Shown: positions 63,060 to 64,000 of the stretch, piece by piece
Layout of the letters: the number at the start of each line of letters is the position of its first letter
Numbering within the stretch: the first letter of the stretch is position 1
Assembly: GCF_023055435.1 (NCBI RefSeq)
Contig: NW_025963868.1
Coordinates: 25,234,001-25,298,000, forward strand
Length of the DNA stretch: 64,000 nt
From: Haliotis rufescens
Taxonomy: Eukaryota
Reading direction: 5' to 3'
Translations under genes and position numbers: made by a program
The notes under the pieces: model-generated
The model's database searches: none
Seen by the model: the letters and a program-made list of their open reading frames with translations, nothing else
Told to the model about the DNA's origin: nothing

Positions 63060-64000
63060 ATATAGGTGTAAATAGAATGTTATTATAGATGTATATGAAA
63101 TATCATTTTAGATGTAAATAGAATATTATTATAGATGTAAATAGAATATTATTGAAATGTACTGAATATCAAAGCGGATGTTAATATAATATTATTATAC
63201 ATGTAAATATATTAGTTTAGAGATGTAAATATAATATTAGTGAAATATACTGAGCATCAAAACAGATGTTAATATAATATTATTATATATGTAAATATAA
63301 TATTATTCGAGATGTAAATAGAATATTATTAGAGACATAAATAGAACATTATTGAAATGTACTGAATGTCCTAACAGTTGTAAATGGAAGTTTTTTTAAA
63401 TGAACTGAATATCAAAACAGATGTTAATATAATATTATTAAAAATGTAAATATAATATCATTAGAGATGTAAATAAAATATTATTAGAGATGTAAATAGA
63501 ATATTATTGAAATGTACTGAATGTCAAAACGGATGTTAATATAATTTTATTATATATGTAAATATAATAGTTTAGAGAGGTAAATAGAATATTATAAGAG
63601 ATGTAAATAGAATGTTATTGAAATGTACTGAATATCAAAACAGATGTTAATATAATATCATTATAAATGTAAATATAATATTATTATAGATGTTAATATA
63701 ATAATATTATAGATGTAAATAGAATACTATCATTGGTGTTAGTAGAATATCATTATTGATGTAAATAGAATATTATTATAGATGTAAATAGAATATCATA
63801 ATAGATATATAAAAATATGATATGATTATAGATGTAAATAGAATGTTATTATATATGTAAATAGAATATTATTATAGATGTAAATAGAAAATACTTATAG
63901 ATGTAAATAGAATATTGTTATTGATGTAGTTAGAATATCATAATAGATGTATAAAAATATAACATTATTATAGAAGTAAATTGGATATTATTATAGAAGT
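63060..64000. repeat. AT-rich ~22-bp minisatellite (AGATGTAAATAGAATATTATTA) with higher-order variants; runs off the window
   Basis: Direct inspection. Confidence 0.92.

Overview
Eukaryotic, AT-rich, intron-containing animal DNA with two N gaps. The SINE families and an algal-polysaccharide hydrolase suggest a marine gastropod such as abalone (inference). Bases 1-46 kb are a nest of transposable elements with no host gene I can recognise: a Sola-type transposase relic, a Penelope-like end carrying a hammerhead-ribozyme motif, two PIF/Harbinger elements (transposase plus Myb/SANT gene), and a large decayed Crypton-type tyrosine-recombinase gene. That gene hosts a full-length I-group (Nimb-like) LINE and an apparently intact 9.3-kb ISL2EU element (THAP-DDE transposase plus SAP-SWIM-YqaJ exonuclease). 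L2 and Tc1 fragments and more than 25 short retroposon copies are scattered through the window. Bases 46-56 kb carry host genes: a spliced, secreted GH86 beta-porphyranase-like gene (frameshifted, with Ala at the predicted nucleophile), a partial duplicate of it, and an intact MGAT3-like GT17 glycosyltransferase. A 2-kb imperfect palindrome, a LINE fragment and satellites follow. The most notable observations are: (1) the commonest short retroposon has no tRNA head and shares both a covarying structured 5' RNA motif and a 3' tail with the resident LINE; (2) a bacterial-type porphyranase gene with spliceosomal introns; (3) the intact ISL2EU two-gene element; (4) a U3-A8 variant minimal hammerhead.
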